A stretch of 63,185 bases of DNA, the filler included. It is 6 parts of 6 records of this genome, joined end to end, with 100 filler letters (N's around TTAATTAATTAA, not from the genome) between each part and the next. Parts side by side here need not be neighbours in the genome. Positions count along the whole stretch, not along the records: positions 46,633 to 55,145 come from SRR20825019_1406; positions 55,246 to 63,185 come from SRR20825019_1425; 4 more parts are not named here. One strand, given 5' to 3'. Both the position numbers and the translations under genes were made by a program. Below, in pieces: positions 53,801 through 63,185 of this stretch (position 1 is its first letter; each line of letters starts with the position of its first letter). Under the pieces are notes generated by a model. It saw nothing but the letters and a program-made list of their open reading frames with translations, was not told the origin of the DNA and did not search any database.

Positions 53801-54389
53801 CAGCGCCAATGAGGCGGCGGTGGTGGCCCGCGGCCGTGAGGACGGACAGGACGGTGGCCACACTGTGTGAAAGGCGGGTGTCTCTCCAGTTCCGCACGTA
53901 ATAGCAAAGTATGAACAGCGCCTCGTCGCCAGCGTCTGCCTGGGTCGTCAGCCCCCACCCGTCATCATTGCACATGGCACTGGCTCCACCCACCACTCGA
54001 ACACAACAGGTACTCCCACTGTTCGCCTTCACCGTCCCCCGCGGTCACATTCCGCGCCAGTGCCGCGGCCCCGGCGCGCACCCGCGCAAGGTCATCGCTG
54101 TACAGCGCCTCCAGAATACCATCGAGCGAACCGCACAGCTCCAGCGCACTCAACTCCCCGTCGTCTCGGTCCGGCAGTGATCCATCAAGGCCCGCAGCAG
54201 CCCCTAGCTCCGGTACATCCACAATGCAACGGCAAAGGGGCCACCCAGCCCTCCACACATAGGTGTCTTCGTCCACGCCCTCCGGGAGGACGGACAATGG
54301 CCCCTCCAGCTCCGCTACTCTGGCGCCGTCGTAGCCCTACACAGCGTCAGCATCTAAGAAGGGCGCCGGGCTCCCTCCGCGCTCACCAT
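50839..54389 (-). CDS. Large multi-exon protein: GYF_2-like domain, ARM/HEAT-like helices, second GYF_2-like domain, coiled coil, Pro-rich tail
   Basis: GPLSVLPEGVDEDTYVWRAG and HGPVTVKSLGDLFQRGVVDEDTLVF. Short GT-AG introns link most ORF-track pieces; junctions in 53450-54050 not fully resolved. Confidence 0.65.
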
Positions 54390-55145
54390 TTGCGGGGGGG
54401 CGTCGGGGGGTGCGTCTCGCTTAAACCTGCACACATAGACTAGAAAAGGTAAAGACGATGCAAAGGTGTTGTTGGCGGGGTGGTCTTACTCGGGGTGTTA
54501 TCGTCACCGTCCATGGCGTTATTCTGCTGTGGAGGCTAGAGAAGGCCTCACTTATAGCCCCCCCACACCCGGGGCGTGGCGCGGCCGCCGGCCGCGCCTC
54601 ATCCCCCGGTGCCCCAGCCCCGGCGGCGGTTCTACTCGCGGGCGCACCCCGGCGCGGGTCCTCCTCCGGGCGGGGCGCTCGGCCCCGGCCGGACCGCGCC
54701 CCGCGGGCTCTCGGGTTGCCGGGCACTGAGGCCGGGCGGGCCGGGCCTGCGCCGCCCGGGGGGCGGCGCCCTCACCCCGACGACCGGCGGCGGGCCCCCC
54801 CGCAGCGAGTCGCTCCCCGCCGGGCCGGCCCGACGCGGCCCGGCGGCGGCCCCGCCCGCGGCCGGGGCCGGCCCGTCCGGTCTCTCGAACATTCTCGAGG
54901 TCCTATGAGGGACCCTTCATTGATACACGTCAACTATGAAATCGGAGTAGTTCATGGCACGTAGCGGTTATAACTAGTACTGAACGAAGTAGTGATGCCT
55001 GCACTGAACCCAGAGAGCACCACGGCCACCCCCGCGAGGCTGCCCGGCGATGATGACGCGGCGCACGCGGGCCGCGCCGGGCATGGCGGGGCCCGGCCGG
55101 GGCCCGGCCGCCGCGGGCCGGGGGGGGGCCGGGGGGGGGGGGGGG

Positions 55146-55245
55146 NNNNNNNNNNNNNNNNNNNNNNNNNNNNNNNNNNNNNNNNNNNNTTAATTAATTA
55201 ANNNNNNNNNNNNNNNNNNNNNNNNNNNNNNNNNNNNNNNNNNNN
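55146..55245. other. Artificial contig linker
   Basis: N44-TTAATTAATTAA-N44. Confidence 0.99.
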
Positions 55246-55301
55246 CATATTAATTATAGCTTAATTAATAATAGAATTCAGAAAAAGAATAAATCAAATA
55301 C

Positions 55302-57626
55302 ATGAAAAATACATTAATGTTTATACTCTTATTGAGTATTACATCTATTATAAATGCACAAAATAGTATTGGCGGAACTGTTACAGATGCAACCACAAAT
55401 AACAAAATTCCCTATGCAACTATTTACCTACCACAATTAGAAAAAGGAACTAGTACTAATGAAGATGGAACTTTTATATTAGAAAGTCTACCCCAGGGCA
55501 CCTATAAAATTGTAGTATCTTCAATAGGATTTAAAACTTTTTCCAAAGACGTTACGGTAAACGGAGCTATTAAATTAGATGTGCAAATAGCACCATCTGC
55601 AATTGAAATGGAAGAAGTTATAGTCTCTACTCCTTTCCATAAATTGCAAAGTGAAAATGTAATGAAAGTAGAACGACAAAGCATGGAGGAGCTCAAAACC
55701 AAAGGAGCCATGACCTTGTCTGACGGAATTACAGATATAAGTGGAGTAGAAAGCGTAAGTACAGGAGTTGGAATAGGAAAACCTGTTATTCGCGGACTGA
55801 GTTCCAATAGAGTTTTGGTGTACACTCAAGGCGTACGCTTAGAGAATCAGCAATTTGGAGGAGAACACGGACTTGGAGTAAATGATGCAGGAATAGAAAG
55901 TGTAGAGGTTATAAAAGGCCCTGCTACCCTTCTCTATGGATCTGATGCACTTGGAGGTGTACTCTATCTAAATCCTGAAAAATTTGCAATCCAGAATAGT
56001 ACCGAAGGAGATGTAAACGTAAATTACTTTACAAACACCGAAGGAGTTACCGCAAATGGTGGTTTTAAAACATCTGGAGATAAATTAAAATTTTTAGTTC
56101 GTGGTGCTTATGGCTCACATGCAGATTATCAAGATGGAAACGGTACATACACCACCAATTCTAGATTTAATGAATATGATTTAAAGTCTGGGTTTGGGTA
56201 TCAAGACACTAATTTTAAAACCGAATTACGTTATAATTTTAACCGCTCAAATCTAGGAATTCCTGAAGAAATAGGAGTGCAAAATAGAGACCGAGATCCA
56301 TTACTTCCTTATCAAGAAATAGACAACCATGTTATAAGTTCTAAAAGCACGCTATTTTTTGATAAAAGTAGCTTAGATATTACTTTAGGTTATGTTGCAA
56401 ATAACCGTAAAGAATTTGAAGACGAACATCATCACGAGGAGCATGGAGATGAACATGAAGATGAACATGAAGAAGAACATGAGGAGCATGAAGATGAAGA
56501 ACACGAGGAGCACGAAGACGAACATGAAGAACATGCACATGGAGATGAAGCTGCTTTAAATATGAAACTTCATACCTTGAGTTACAATGTACTTTACCAC
56601 TTACCAGAAACTGGAAAGTTTGAAACCATTTTTGGAGTACAGGGAATGCATCAAACTAATGAAAACTCTGGAGAAGAAGTTTTAATTCCAGATGCTACAA
56701 CTGTAGATTTTGGCGTTATGGCTACCACACATTACCACATGAAAAATAGCGATATCCAAATAGGTCTCCGCTATGACACCAGAGATATTGAAGCCAAAGA
56801 AACTGGAGATGTAGGTAGTGAATCTTATATCCCAGCACTCAATAGAAACTTTAATAGTTTTAATGCTTCTGCAGGATATAGAGTTACCATAGCTCAAAAA
56901 ATTATAGCACGTCTTAATCTTGCAACAGGCTTTAGAGCTCCTAATTTGGCAGAGCTAACATCCAATGGCGGACATAGTGGTGCTAATAGATATGAAATAG
57001 GAAATGAAGCTCTAAAAAATGAACAGAATTTCCAAACAGACCTCTCTTTAGAATACGGAAATGAACATATTGAGTTCTTTGTAAATGGTTTTTATAATGC
57101 AATAAGCGATTATATCTATTTACAACCAACGGGACAATTTATTGATGATGATCCCGTTTATCAATATGTACAAGATGATAGTAATTTATATGGTGGGGAA
57201 ATTGGTTTTCATTTACATCCACATCCTTTAGATTGGTTGCATTTAGAAAGTAGTTTTGAAACGGTTACTGGTAAGTTAGCCCACTCCAATGTGTATTTAC
57301 CGCTTATTCCAGCTAATAAACTTTCAAATACATTTAGAGTTGAGTTTGACGGAAAGCAAGTTTCTAACAAATATGCTTTTGTTACCCTACAGAATGTATT
57401 TAATAAAAATAATGTTGGGGATTTCGAAACTAGAACTGGTGGATATTCACTCGTAAATCTAGGTTTTGGAGCAACTATCAAAGCTTACAATCAGCCTTTT
57501 AATATTAAACTATCTGCCAATAATCTATTTGATAAAGAATATGTTTCTCATCTATCTAGATTAAAACCTGATGGAATTTACAACATCGGAAGAAATATTA
57601 ATATTGGAGTAGCTGTTCCTTTTTAA
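55302..57626 (+). CDS. TonB-dependent receptor with a His/Glu-rich insertion
   Basis: Signal peptide; N-terminal carboxypeptidase-regulatory-like domain; plug motif VEVIKGPATLLYGSDALGGV; GFRAPNLAEL; C-terminal Phe. Confidence 0.93.
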   Translation: MKNTLMFILLLSITSIINAQNSIGGTVTDATTNNKIPYATIYLPQLEKGTSTNEDGTFILESLPQGTYKIVVSSIGFKTFSKDVTVNGAIKLDVQIAPSAIEMEEVIVSTPFHKLQSENVMKVERQSMEELKTKGAMTLSDGITDISGVESVSTGVGIGKPVIRGLSSNRVLVYTQGVRLENQQFGGEHGLGVNDAGIESVEVIKGPATLLYGSDALGGVLYLNPEKFAIQNSTEGDVNVNYFTNTEGVTANGGFKTSGDKLKFLVRGAYGSHADYQDGNGTYTTNSRFNEYDLKSGFGYQDTNFKTELRYNFNRSNLGIPEEIGVQNRDRDPLLPYQEIDNHVISSKSTLFFDKSSLDITLGYVANNRKEFEDEHHHEEHGDEHEDEHEEEHEEHEDEEHEEHEDEHEEHAHGDEAALNMKLHTLSYNVLYHLPETGKFETIFGVQGMHQTNENSGEEVLIPDATTVDFGVMATTHYHMKNSDIQIGLRYDTRDIEAKETGDVGSESYIPALNRNFNSFNASAGYRVTIAQKIIARLNLATGFRAPNLAELTSNGGHSGANRYEIGNEALKNEQNFQTDLSLEYGNEHIEFFVNGFYNAISDYIYLQPTGQFIDDDPVYQYVQDDSNLYGGEIGFHLHPHPLDWLHLESSFETVTGKLAHSNVYLPLIPANKLSNTFRVEFDGKQVSNKYAFVTLQNVFNKNNVGDFETRTGGYSLVNLGFGATIKAYNQPFNIKLSANNLFDKEYVSHLSRLKPDGIYNIGRNINIGVAVPF

Positions 57627-57670
57627 AGTAAAATTATTTTGAAATAATTCCCTCAAGTCTATATAGACGG

Positions 57671-57709
57671 CCCCCGAAGTATTTAATATTAAAAATTCGG
57701 GGGTTTTTT
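57671..57709 (+). terminator. Rho-independent terminator
   Basis: CCCCCGAA...TTCGGGGG followed by TTTTTT. Confidence 0.75.
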
Positions 57710-57812
57710 ATTTTTAACTTTTCTTGATTTTTATGGATAGGCAAAAAGTATAGAAATCCCTTCCTCACCTCTACTCTCGCCATTTTTTTATCTCTCCTTT
57801 AGACAAAAAAGA

Positions 57813-58112
57813 TTACGAAGTTACTACTTGAGTGGCTTTATCTTTTTTTATAACATAGGTATAAATCCAAGTTAAAGTAAAGGTTGGAATAATATCTAAT
57901 CCTGGTACTAACTCTTCTATAAAAGTAATTGCCCCTGCTCCTTGACCAATCCGCCCTTTGTACATACGCGTCATTAACCAACCCGAAATTGGTGCCCAAA
58001 TAATATCAGAAAACTCTCCAATACCAGGAATTGCATAGGAAACCATTCCAAGCGCATCAAATATCAATCCGATAAAAAGTTTTTTGTATTTATTATCGTC
58101 AGAACTAATCAT
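57813..58112 (-). CDS. Small hypothetical membrane protein
   Basis: 99 aa, hydrophobic; IPGIGEFSDIIWAP and EELVPGLDIIPTFT. Confidence 0.75.
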   Translation of the reverse strand: MISSDDNKYKKLFIGLIFDALGMVSYAIPGIGEFSDIIWAPISGWLMTRMYKGRIGQGAGAITFIEELVPGLDIIPTFTLTWIYTYVIKKDKATQVVTS

Positions 58113-58163
58113 ACGGTAATTTTTTATAATTATAGAACAATAAAAATGCCAAAATATTGAATT

Positions 58164-58202
58164 TATCTTGACTTTTTTTGTTTGAGTGAAAAAGTCAAGA
58201 TA
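58164..58202 (-). terminator. Stem-loop downstream of folE
   Basis: 14-bp inverted repeat TATCTTGACTTTTT/AAAAAGTCAAGATA. Confidence 0.55.
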
Positions 58203-58208
58203 TGTTCT

Positions 58209-58805
58209 TTATCCTAAATCAGAACTTATTAGCTTAAGAAATTCGTTTCTCGTTTCTATTTTTTCAAACTGACCTCTAAATCCAGAAGTGGTGGTAACAG
58301 AATTTTGTTTTTGTACACCACGCATCATCATACACATATGCGATGCTTCTATAACTACTGCTACCCCCTGTGGTTTTAGCGTACTATTAATACATTCTAA
58401 AATATCATGTGTTAGTCTTTCTTGAACTTGCAACCTCCGTGCATATACATCTACAATACGTGGTAATTTACTTAGCCCAACAATATAGCCATTAGGGATA
58501 TAAGCAATATGAGCTTTTCCAAAAAAAGGCAATAAATGATGCTCGCAGAGCGAATATAATTCGATGTCTTTTACAATCACCATTTCATTATAATCCTCTT
58601 TAAACATGGCTCCTTTTAGTATTTCGGCAGCATTTTGTTGGTAGCCTTGCGTTAAAAACTGCATCGCTTTAGAAGCTCTTTCAGGAGTTTTTAAAAGTCC
58701 TTCTCTAGCCGTATCTTCTCCTATCTCACTTATAATATTTTCATACTGATTACGAATAGTTTCAGTAGTTTCTATATTATATTCTTCAAAAGTTTTGTAT
58801 GCCAT
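58209..58805 (-). CDS. folE: GTP cyclohydrolase I
   Basis: [45 protein letters not shown]. Confidence 0.97.
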   Translation of the reverse strand: MAYKTFEEYNIETTETIRNQYENIISEIGEDTAREGLLKTPERASKAMQFLTQGYQQNAAEILKGAMFKEDYNEMVIVKDIELYSLCEHHLLPFFGKAHIAYIPNGYIVGLSKLPRIVDVYARRLQVQERLTHDILECINSTLKPQGVAVVIEASHMCMMMRGVQKQNSVTTTSGFRGQFEKIETRNEFLKLISSDLG

Positions 58806-58958
58806 TTAATAATCCTATTATATTTTCAACCTTAAAAATACCCTTTTTATGAATATAATCAAATAACCAAAGAACCTTAGGAAAATATAATTATATATAT
58901 AAATATCGTTATTTTTACTTCATACAAAACTATCTATATTCATTAGACTTTATTAATA

Positions 58959-59810
58959 TTATTCGGAAAATAAAATAGCTTCTTGTTCAAAATAATTACT
59001 ATCATAGTCATCTTTACCATCTCCAGTAATATTATATGCTGCTATATATGTCCATGAATTTATATCAGGATATATCCAATTAAGCAGTTTATCATTAACA
59101 AAAGTATTTTTACTATATAGTTTGTTAAAGTAGGAGTTGATTGTTATAAAATCGTCTACTTGATATACATGAATAATTTCATGTGCTATAACATTTGTTT
59201 TATTATTATATACACCATCTATTTTGGTTCTATCATACAATATTGTATATGTATATGCAAAAGCTACATAATTAGCTGGAGAAGTATTTGTTGAGAAAAC
59301 TAAATTTCCTGTTTTTAGAGAAGTATTAATGTCGAAATCTCCTTTAGTAGCAACGTAGATAGTTCTTCCTAAAGCATATGGCATTACTTTAAAATAAAAG
59401 GCTCTTTCACCCTTTTTAGGGTTTAAATGATACTCAAATCGAGTAAAACCAATATTTAAGTGCCAACGCTTCCAAAAATCAATATTTGAAGCTGCATTTT
59501 CAGTTATAGAAGTTCCTGCTGCATTAACAAGCTTACTGCTCCAAGCAAATAGTGGACTCCCTGTATTGGCATAGCCTTGAATAATGTTTTTACTACCATA
59601 TATTACAGTACCGCCAATAGCTCCTTGCCAAAGCCCCTTTAAAAAGGCATGTCCTAGTTTTTCATTTTCTTTTTTATTGATAGCTGACCCTATTCCACTA
59701 AATAACGAGCTTCCTATAACATTATATGTTATTGCTTTACCATGACTTAAATCTTGAGAACTGACTTTTATTATGGAGAATAAAAATAGCATCAAATAAA
59801 CTCTTATCAT
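58959..59810 (-). CDS. Exported hypothetical protein with an HExxH motif
   Basis: Signal peptide; IAHEIIHVYQ and distal FEQEA. Confidence 0.7.
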   Translation of the reverse strand: MIRVYLMLFLFSIIKVSSQDLSHGKAITYNVIGSSLFSGIGSAINKKENEKLGHAFLKGLWQGAIGGTVIYGSKNIIQGYANTGSPLFAWSSKLVNAAGTSITENAASNIDFWKRWHLNIGFTRFEYHLNPKKGERAFYFKVMPYALGRTIYVATKGDFDINTSLKTGNLVFSTNTSPANYVAFAYTYTILYDRTKIDGVYNNKTNVIAHEIIHVYQVDDFITINSYFNKLYSKNTFVNDKLLNWIYPDINSWTYIAAYNITGDGKDDYDSNYFEQEAILFSE

Positions 59811-59947
59811 TTTAAATATTTTTTATGTAATTTATTAAAATATTTTATACATATAGACTATTTTCTTTATTAAAACATATAATGAATTCTAACATATACT
59901 TTTGTTTTAAATACTGAATAAGTACCTTAGCAACTTTAGATAAGTTT

Positions 59948-60610
59948 ATGATAAAAGCTACAAACATTCGTAAAACATTTGGGTCTTTAGAAGTTTTAAA
60001 AGGCGTTAATGCTACTATAGATAAAGGAGAAATAATTTCTATTGTCGGGGCTTCTGGAGCTGGTAAAACTACCCTTTTACAAATTTTAGGAACACTAGAC
60101 AAGCCTGATAAAACTAAAGATTTACAGCTACATATTAACGGTATTGAAGTAAGCAAATTAAATGATAAAGATTTAGCTAAATTTAGAAATGAACACATTG
60201 GATTCATTTTTCAATTTCATCAATTATTGCCAGAATTTACAGCGCTCGAGAATGTTTGCATTCCTGCATTTATAAAGAATACTCCAAAAGATGAAACAGA
60301 GAAAAGAGCTAAAGAATTATTGGAATTTTTAGGATTATCTCATAGAGTTAACCACAAACCCAACGAATTATCTGGAGGAGAACAACAACGTGTAGCAGTA
60401 GCGAGAGCATTAATAAATAGCCCATCTATTGTTTTTGCTGATGAACCCAGTGGAAATTTAGATTCTGAAAGTGCCGACAGACTTCATAATCTTTTCTTTG
60501 AATTAAGAGATAAATTCGGACAAACATTTGTTATTGTAACCCATAATGAAGAATTGGCAGATATGGCAGACAGAAAGTTAACTATGGTTGATGGAGATAT
60601 TGTTAAGTAA
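59948..60610 (+). CDS. ABC transporter ATP-binding protein, LolD-like
   Basis: [37 protein letters not shown]. Confidence 0.9.
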   Translation: MIKATNIRKTFGSLEVLKGVNATIDKGEIISIVGASGAGKTTLLQILGTLDKPDKTKDLQLHINGIEVSKLNDKDLAKFRNEHIGFIFQFHQLLPEFTALENVCIPAFIKNTPKDETEKRAKELLEFLGLSHRVNHKPNELSGGEQQRVAVARALINSPSIVFADEPSGNLDSESADRLHNLFFELRDKFGQTFVIVTHNEELADMADRKLTMVDGDIVK

Positions 60611-60616
60611 TTAGCG

Positions 60617-60750
60617 TTTCAGTGTTCAGTGCTCAGTATGTAGTGTTCAGTATGCAGTAAGCAGGTTTTTTAATGAGGAAAAGTTCAACGCCATAATATT
60701 CTTAACCTTTAATTCTTTTCAACCTTCAACTTTTTAACTTTTCAACTCTA
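60617..60750 (+). repeat. Degenerate short tandem repeats (7-mer TCAGTGT-like, then TTTTCAAC-like)
   Basis: TTCAGTGTTCAGTGCTCAGTATGTAGTGTTCAGTATGCAG and TTTTCAACCTTCAACTTTTTAACTTTTCAACT. Confidence 0.6.
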
Positions 60751-60762
60751 AACTTTATACCT

Positions 60763-61527
60763 TTGAAACAATCCGAATTAAAAGAGTTTTTAGACGAAAA
60801 AGCATCATTTTACAATAATCTTGATTTTATTGAAAGCGACCCTATTCAGGTTCCGCACTCTTTTCAGCAAAAAGAGGACATAGAAATTTCAGGATTTTTA
60901 GCAGCTACCATCGCTTGGGGAAACCGAAAAAGTATTATTAAAAATGCTCATAAAATGATGGATCTTATGGGGAATACACCATACGATTTTGTTATCAATC
61001 ATTCAGAAGAAGATTTAAAAAAGCTTCTTCCTTTTGTACATCGTACATTTAATGGTCATGATTTTATTCAGTTTATAAAAAGTTTACAACACATATATAA
61101 CACTTATGATGGGATGGAAACTATATTTAGAGAAAACGCTTCAAACACATCTCTACAGCCTGCCATTACTGCTTTTAAAAATGTTTTCTTTGAAATAGAA
61201 CATCTCCCAAGAACTCAAAAACACGTTTCTAATCCGTTAAAAGGCTCGTCGGCAAAGCGTATTAACATGTTTTTACGATGGATGGTAAGACAAGATACCC
61301 GTGGAGTTGATTTCGGAATTTGGAAAAATATCTCTCCTGCGCTCCTCTCCTGCCCACTAGATGTACATTCTGGAAATGTAGCGAGAAAGCTAGGGCTTTT
61401 AAAACGAAAACAAAATGACGCAAAAGCACTAGCAGAACTAGATTTAAGTCTAAGAAAATTAGACTCCAAGGATCCTGTTAAATATGATTTTGCACTATTC
61501 GGTCTCGGAGTTTTCGAAAAGTTTTGA
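60763..61527 (+). CDS. TIGR02757/DUF2400 family protein
   Basis: DPIQVPH, AWGNR, SAKRINMFLRWMVR, PLDVH, DPVKYDFALFG. Confidence 0.88.
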   Translation: MKQSELKEFLDEKASFYNNLDFIESDPIQVPHSFQQKEDIEISGFLAATIAWGNRKSIIKNAHKMMDLMGNTPYDFVINHSEEDLKKLLPFVHRTFNGHDFIQFIKSLQHIYNTYDGMETIFRENASNTSLQPAITAFKNVFFEIEHLPRTQKHVSNPLKGSSAKRINMFLRWMVRQDTRGVDFGIWKNISPALLSCPLDVHSGNVARKLGLLKRKQNDAKALAELDLSLRKLDSKDPVKYDFALFGLGVFEKF

Positions 61528-61603
61528 GTTAATGCTGAAAAGAAGAATTCATTACTCTTCTTTTTTTCTTATTTTAGTTTCTTAATTAAAAATCCTCTAT
61601 TAC

Positions 61604-63094
61604 ATGTTGAAAAATTTACTTTCGATTTGCATGTTTTTCTGCTGCATTTCAATAATCAATTCTCAGAAATTAAAACTTCCTTCCGATTCTATTGTCTCGA
61701 CTAAACATCAGGTTTCAATAAATGGAAAAAAGATAAGTTACCAAGCTAACACAGGTACTTTACCAGTTTGGGATGATGAAGGAAACGAAATAGCAACCCT
61801 TTTTCATACGTATTATTTCCGAACAGATATAGATGACAACACAACTAGACCCCTTGTAATATCTTTTAACGGAGGCCCAGGTTCGGCTTCTGTTTGGATG
61901 CATATTGCTTATACGGGACCTAAAGTCTTAAATATTGATGATGAAGGATACCCAATTCAACCTTATGGCGTAAAAGACAATCCTAATTCTATTTTGGATG
62001 TTGCAGATATTGTCTATGTAAATCCTGTAAACACTGGATATTCTAAAATGATAGCCGATAAAGAGGGGAAATATCCAGATAAAGAAAAGTTCTTCGGAAT
62101 TAATGCTGATATTAGATATTTAGCCGATTGGATTACGTCTTTTGTTACTAGAAATAACCGTTGGAGATCTCCTAAATATATTATTGGAGAAAGTTATGGA
62201 GGAACTCGTGTAGCCGGATTGTCATTAGCGTTGCAGGAAAGAGAATGGATGTATTTAAACGGTGTAATTATGGTTTCTCCAGCAGATTATAAAGTCTTAG
62301 ATGGTGAAAACCCTGTAGCTAAAGTAATAAACTTACCTTATTATGCTGCTACCGCATGGCATCAAAAAGCCTTAACCGCCGATTTACAACAAAAAGATTT
62401 GTTGGAGGTTTTACCAGAAGTAGAAGACTTTACTGTAAATACTCTTATTCCAGCCATTTCTAAAGGTGGTTCTTTATCGAAAACAGAAAAAGAAGCGGTT
62501 GCCAAACAAATGTCCAAATACTCAGGATTATCAGAAGAGTCCATCCTTCAACACAATTTAGTAGTTCCTACCTCTTTTTTTTGGAAAGAACTTTTAAGAG
62601 ATAAGAGTTTTACTGTAGGGAGATTGGATTCTCGCTATTTAGGAATTGATAAAATGGATGCTGGTAACAGACCAGATTACAATGCAGAATTAACTTCGTG
62701 GTTACACTCCTTTACTCCTGCTATAAATTATTATTTACAGGAAGAACTAAATTTCAAAACTGATATTCCTTATAAAATGTTTGGGAATGTTCATCCATGG
62801 AATAAAGAAAATGACAATACTAGAGAGAATCTTAGACAAGCAATGGCAGAAAATCCATACTTAAATGTTTTATATCAAGTAGGATATTATGATGGAGCTT
62901 GTACTTATTTTAATACGAAATATAGTATGTGGCAAATGGATCCTTCGGGAAGAATGAAAGATAGAATCCAATTTAAAGGTTACCGAAGCGGACACATGAT
63001 GTACCTTAGAAAAGAAGATTTAAAAACGGCTAACGACGATATTAGAGCGTTTATACTTTCTACTTCCAATCAAGGAAAAGCTGCTAAGTATTAA
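61604..63094 (+). CDS. Peptidase S10 family serine carboxypeptidase
   Basis: FNGGPGSAS, GESYGG, GYYD, SGHMMY; signal peptide. Confidence 0.92.
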   Translation: MLKNLLSICMFFCCISIINSQKLKLPSDSIVSTKHQVSINGKKISYQANTGTLPVWDDEGNEIATLFHTYYFRTDIDDNTTRPLVISFNGGPGSASVWMHIAYTGPKVLNIDDEGYPIQPYGVKDNPNSILDVADIVYVNPVNTGYSKMIADKEGKYPDKEKFFGINADIRYLADWITSFVTRNNRWRSPKYIIGESYGGTRVAGLSLALQEREWMYLNGVIMVSPADYKVLDGENPVAKVINLPYYAATAWHQKALTADLQQKDLLEVLPEVEDFTVNTLIPAISKGGSLSKTEKEAVAKQMSKYSGLSEESILQHNLVVPTSFFWKELLRDKSFTVGRLDSRYLGIDKMDAGNRPDYNAELTSWLHSFTPAINYYLQEELNFKTDIPYKMFGNVHPWNKENDNTRENLRQAMAENPYLNVLYQVGYYDGACTYFNTKYSMWQMDPSGRMKDRIQFKGYRSGHMMYLRKEDLKTANDDIRAFILSTSNQGKAAKY

Positions 63095-63147
63095 ATTTTA
63101 ACGACTAAAACAAAAACGAGAGGTCTAAAAAGTAATTATATTATAAA

Positions 63148-63172
63148 TGTCATCCTGAGCTTGTTGAAGGGA
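63148..63172 (+). repeat. REP-like intergenic element
   Basis: TGTCATCCTGAGCTTGTTGAAGG resembles GTCA-CCTGAGC-TGTCGAAGG repeats recalled from Bacteroidota; only one copy here. Confidence 0.4.
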
Positions 63173-63185
63173 CCTTTTGAGTGTT

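Noticed and set aside
60617-60750. Short repeats as a possible CRISPR array
   Set aside because: 7-8-nt tandem units without unique spacers, and no cas genes in the window.

Overview
This window is not one genome. It is six contigs joined by five artificial 100-nt linkers (N44-TTAATTAATTAA-N44). (1) 1-7112 is an alphaproteobacterium-like contig: rpmA-rplU, a DUF1801 gene and tRNA-Ser(CGA), followed by a tRNA-anchored island. The island encodes a divergent HUH (rolling-circle Rep-like) protein, a serine resolvase with a res-like site, an XRE-HTH fusion and two orphan membrane genes, and carries two diverged direct repeats that resemble a tRNA 3' end. (2) 7213-26649 is Marinobacter-like: MscS, a large protein with a cryptic papain/calpain Cys-His-Asn triad, an SDR/di-iron/BVMO operon, slyD, a degenerate Hpt-REC-REC-GGDEF-EAL protein, radD, lipoproteins, an M28 aminopeptidase and a DAACS symporter. 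It also holds a second, relic slyD copy split around a 2.65-kb radD-containing block. (3) 26750-37642 is Rhodobacteraceae-like: ectR/ectABC-ask, a P-type ATPase and a LuxR-membrane protein-vWA cluster. (4) 37743-46532 and (5) 46633-55145 come from compact microbial eukaryote(s) with ~46-63-nt introns: RAB5IF-like, ATG12, NDR kinase, roadblock-like, a HAD/P-loop fusion, a secreted protein, an ankyrin protein and a GYF_2/ARM/coiled-coil protein, with very GC-rich islands at gene starts. (6) 55246-63185 is Flavobacteriaceae-like: a His-rich TonB-dependent receptor, folE, a LolD-like ATPase, a TIGR02757 protein and an S10 peptidase. Taxonomic labels are inferred from gene content and composition only. 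All alignments were done by eye; no searches were run.
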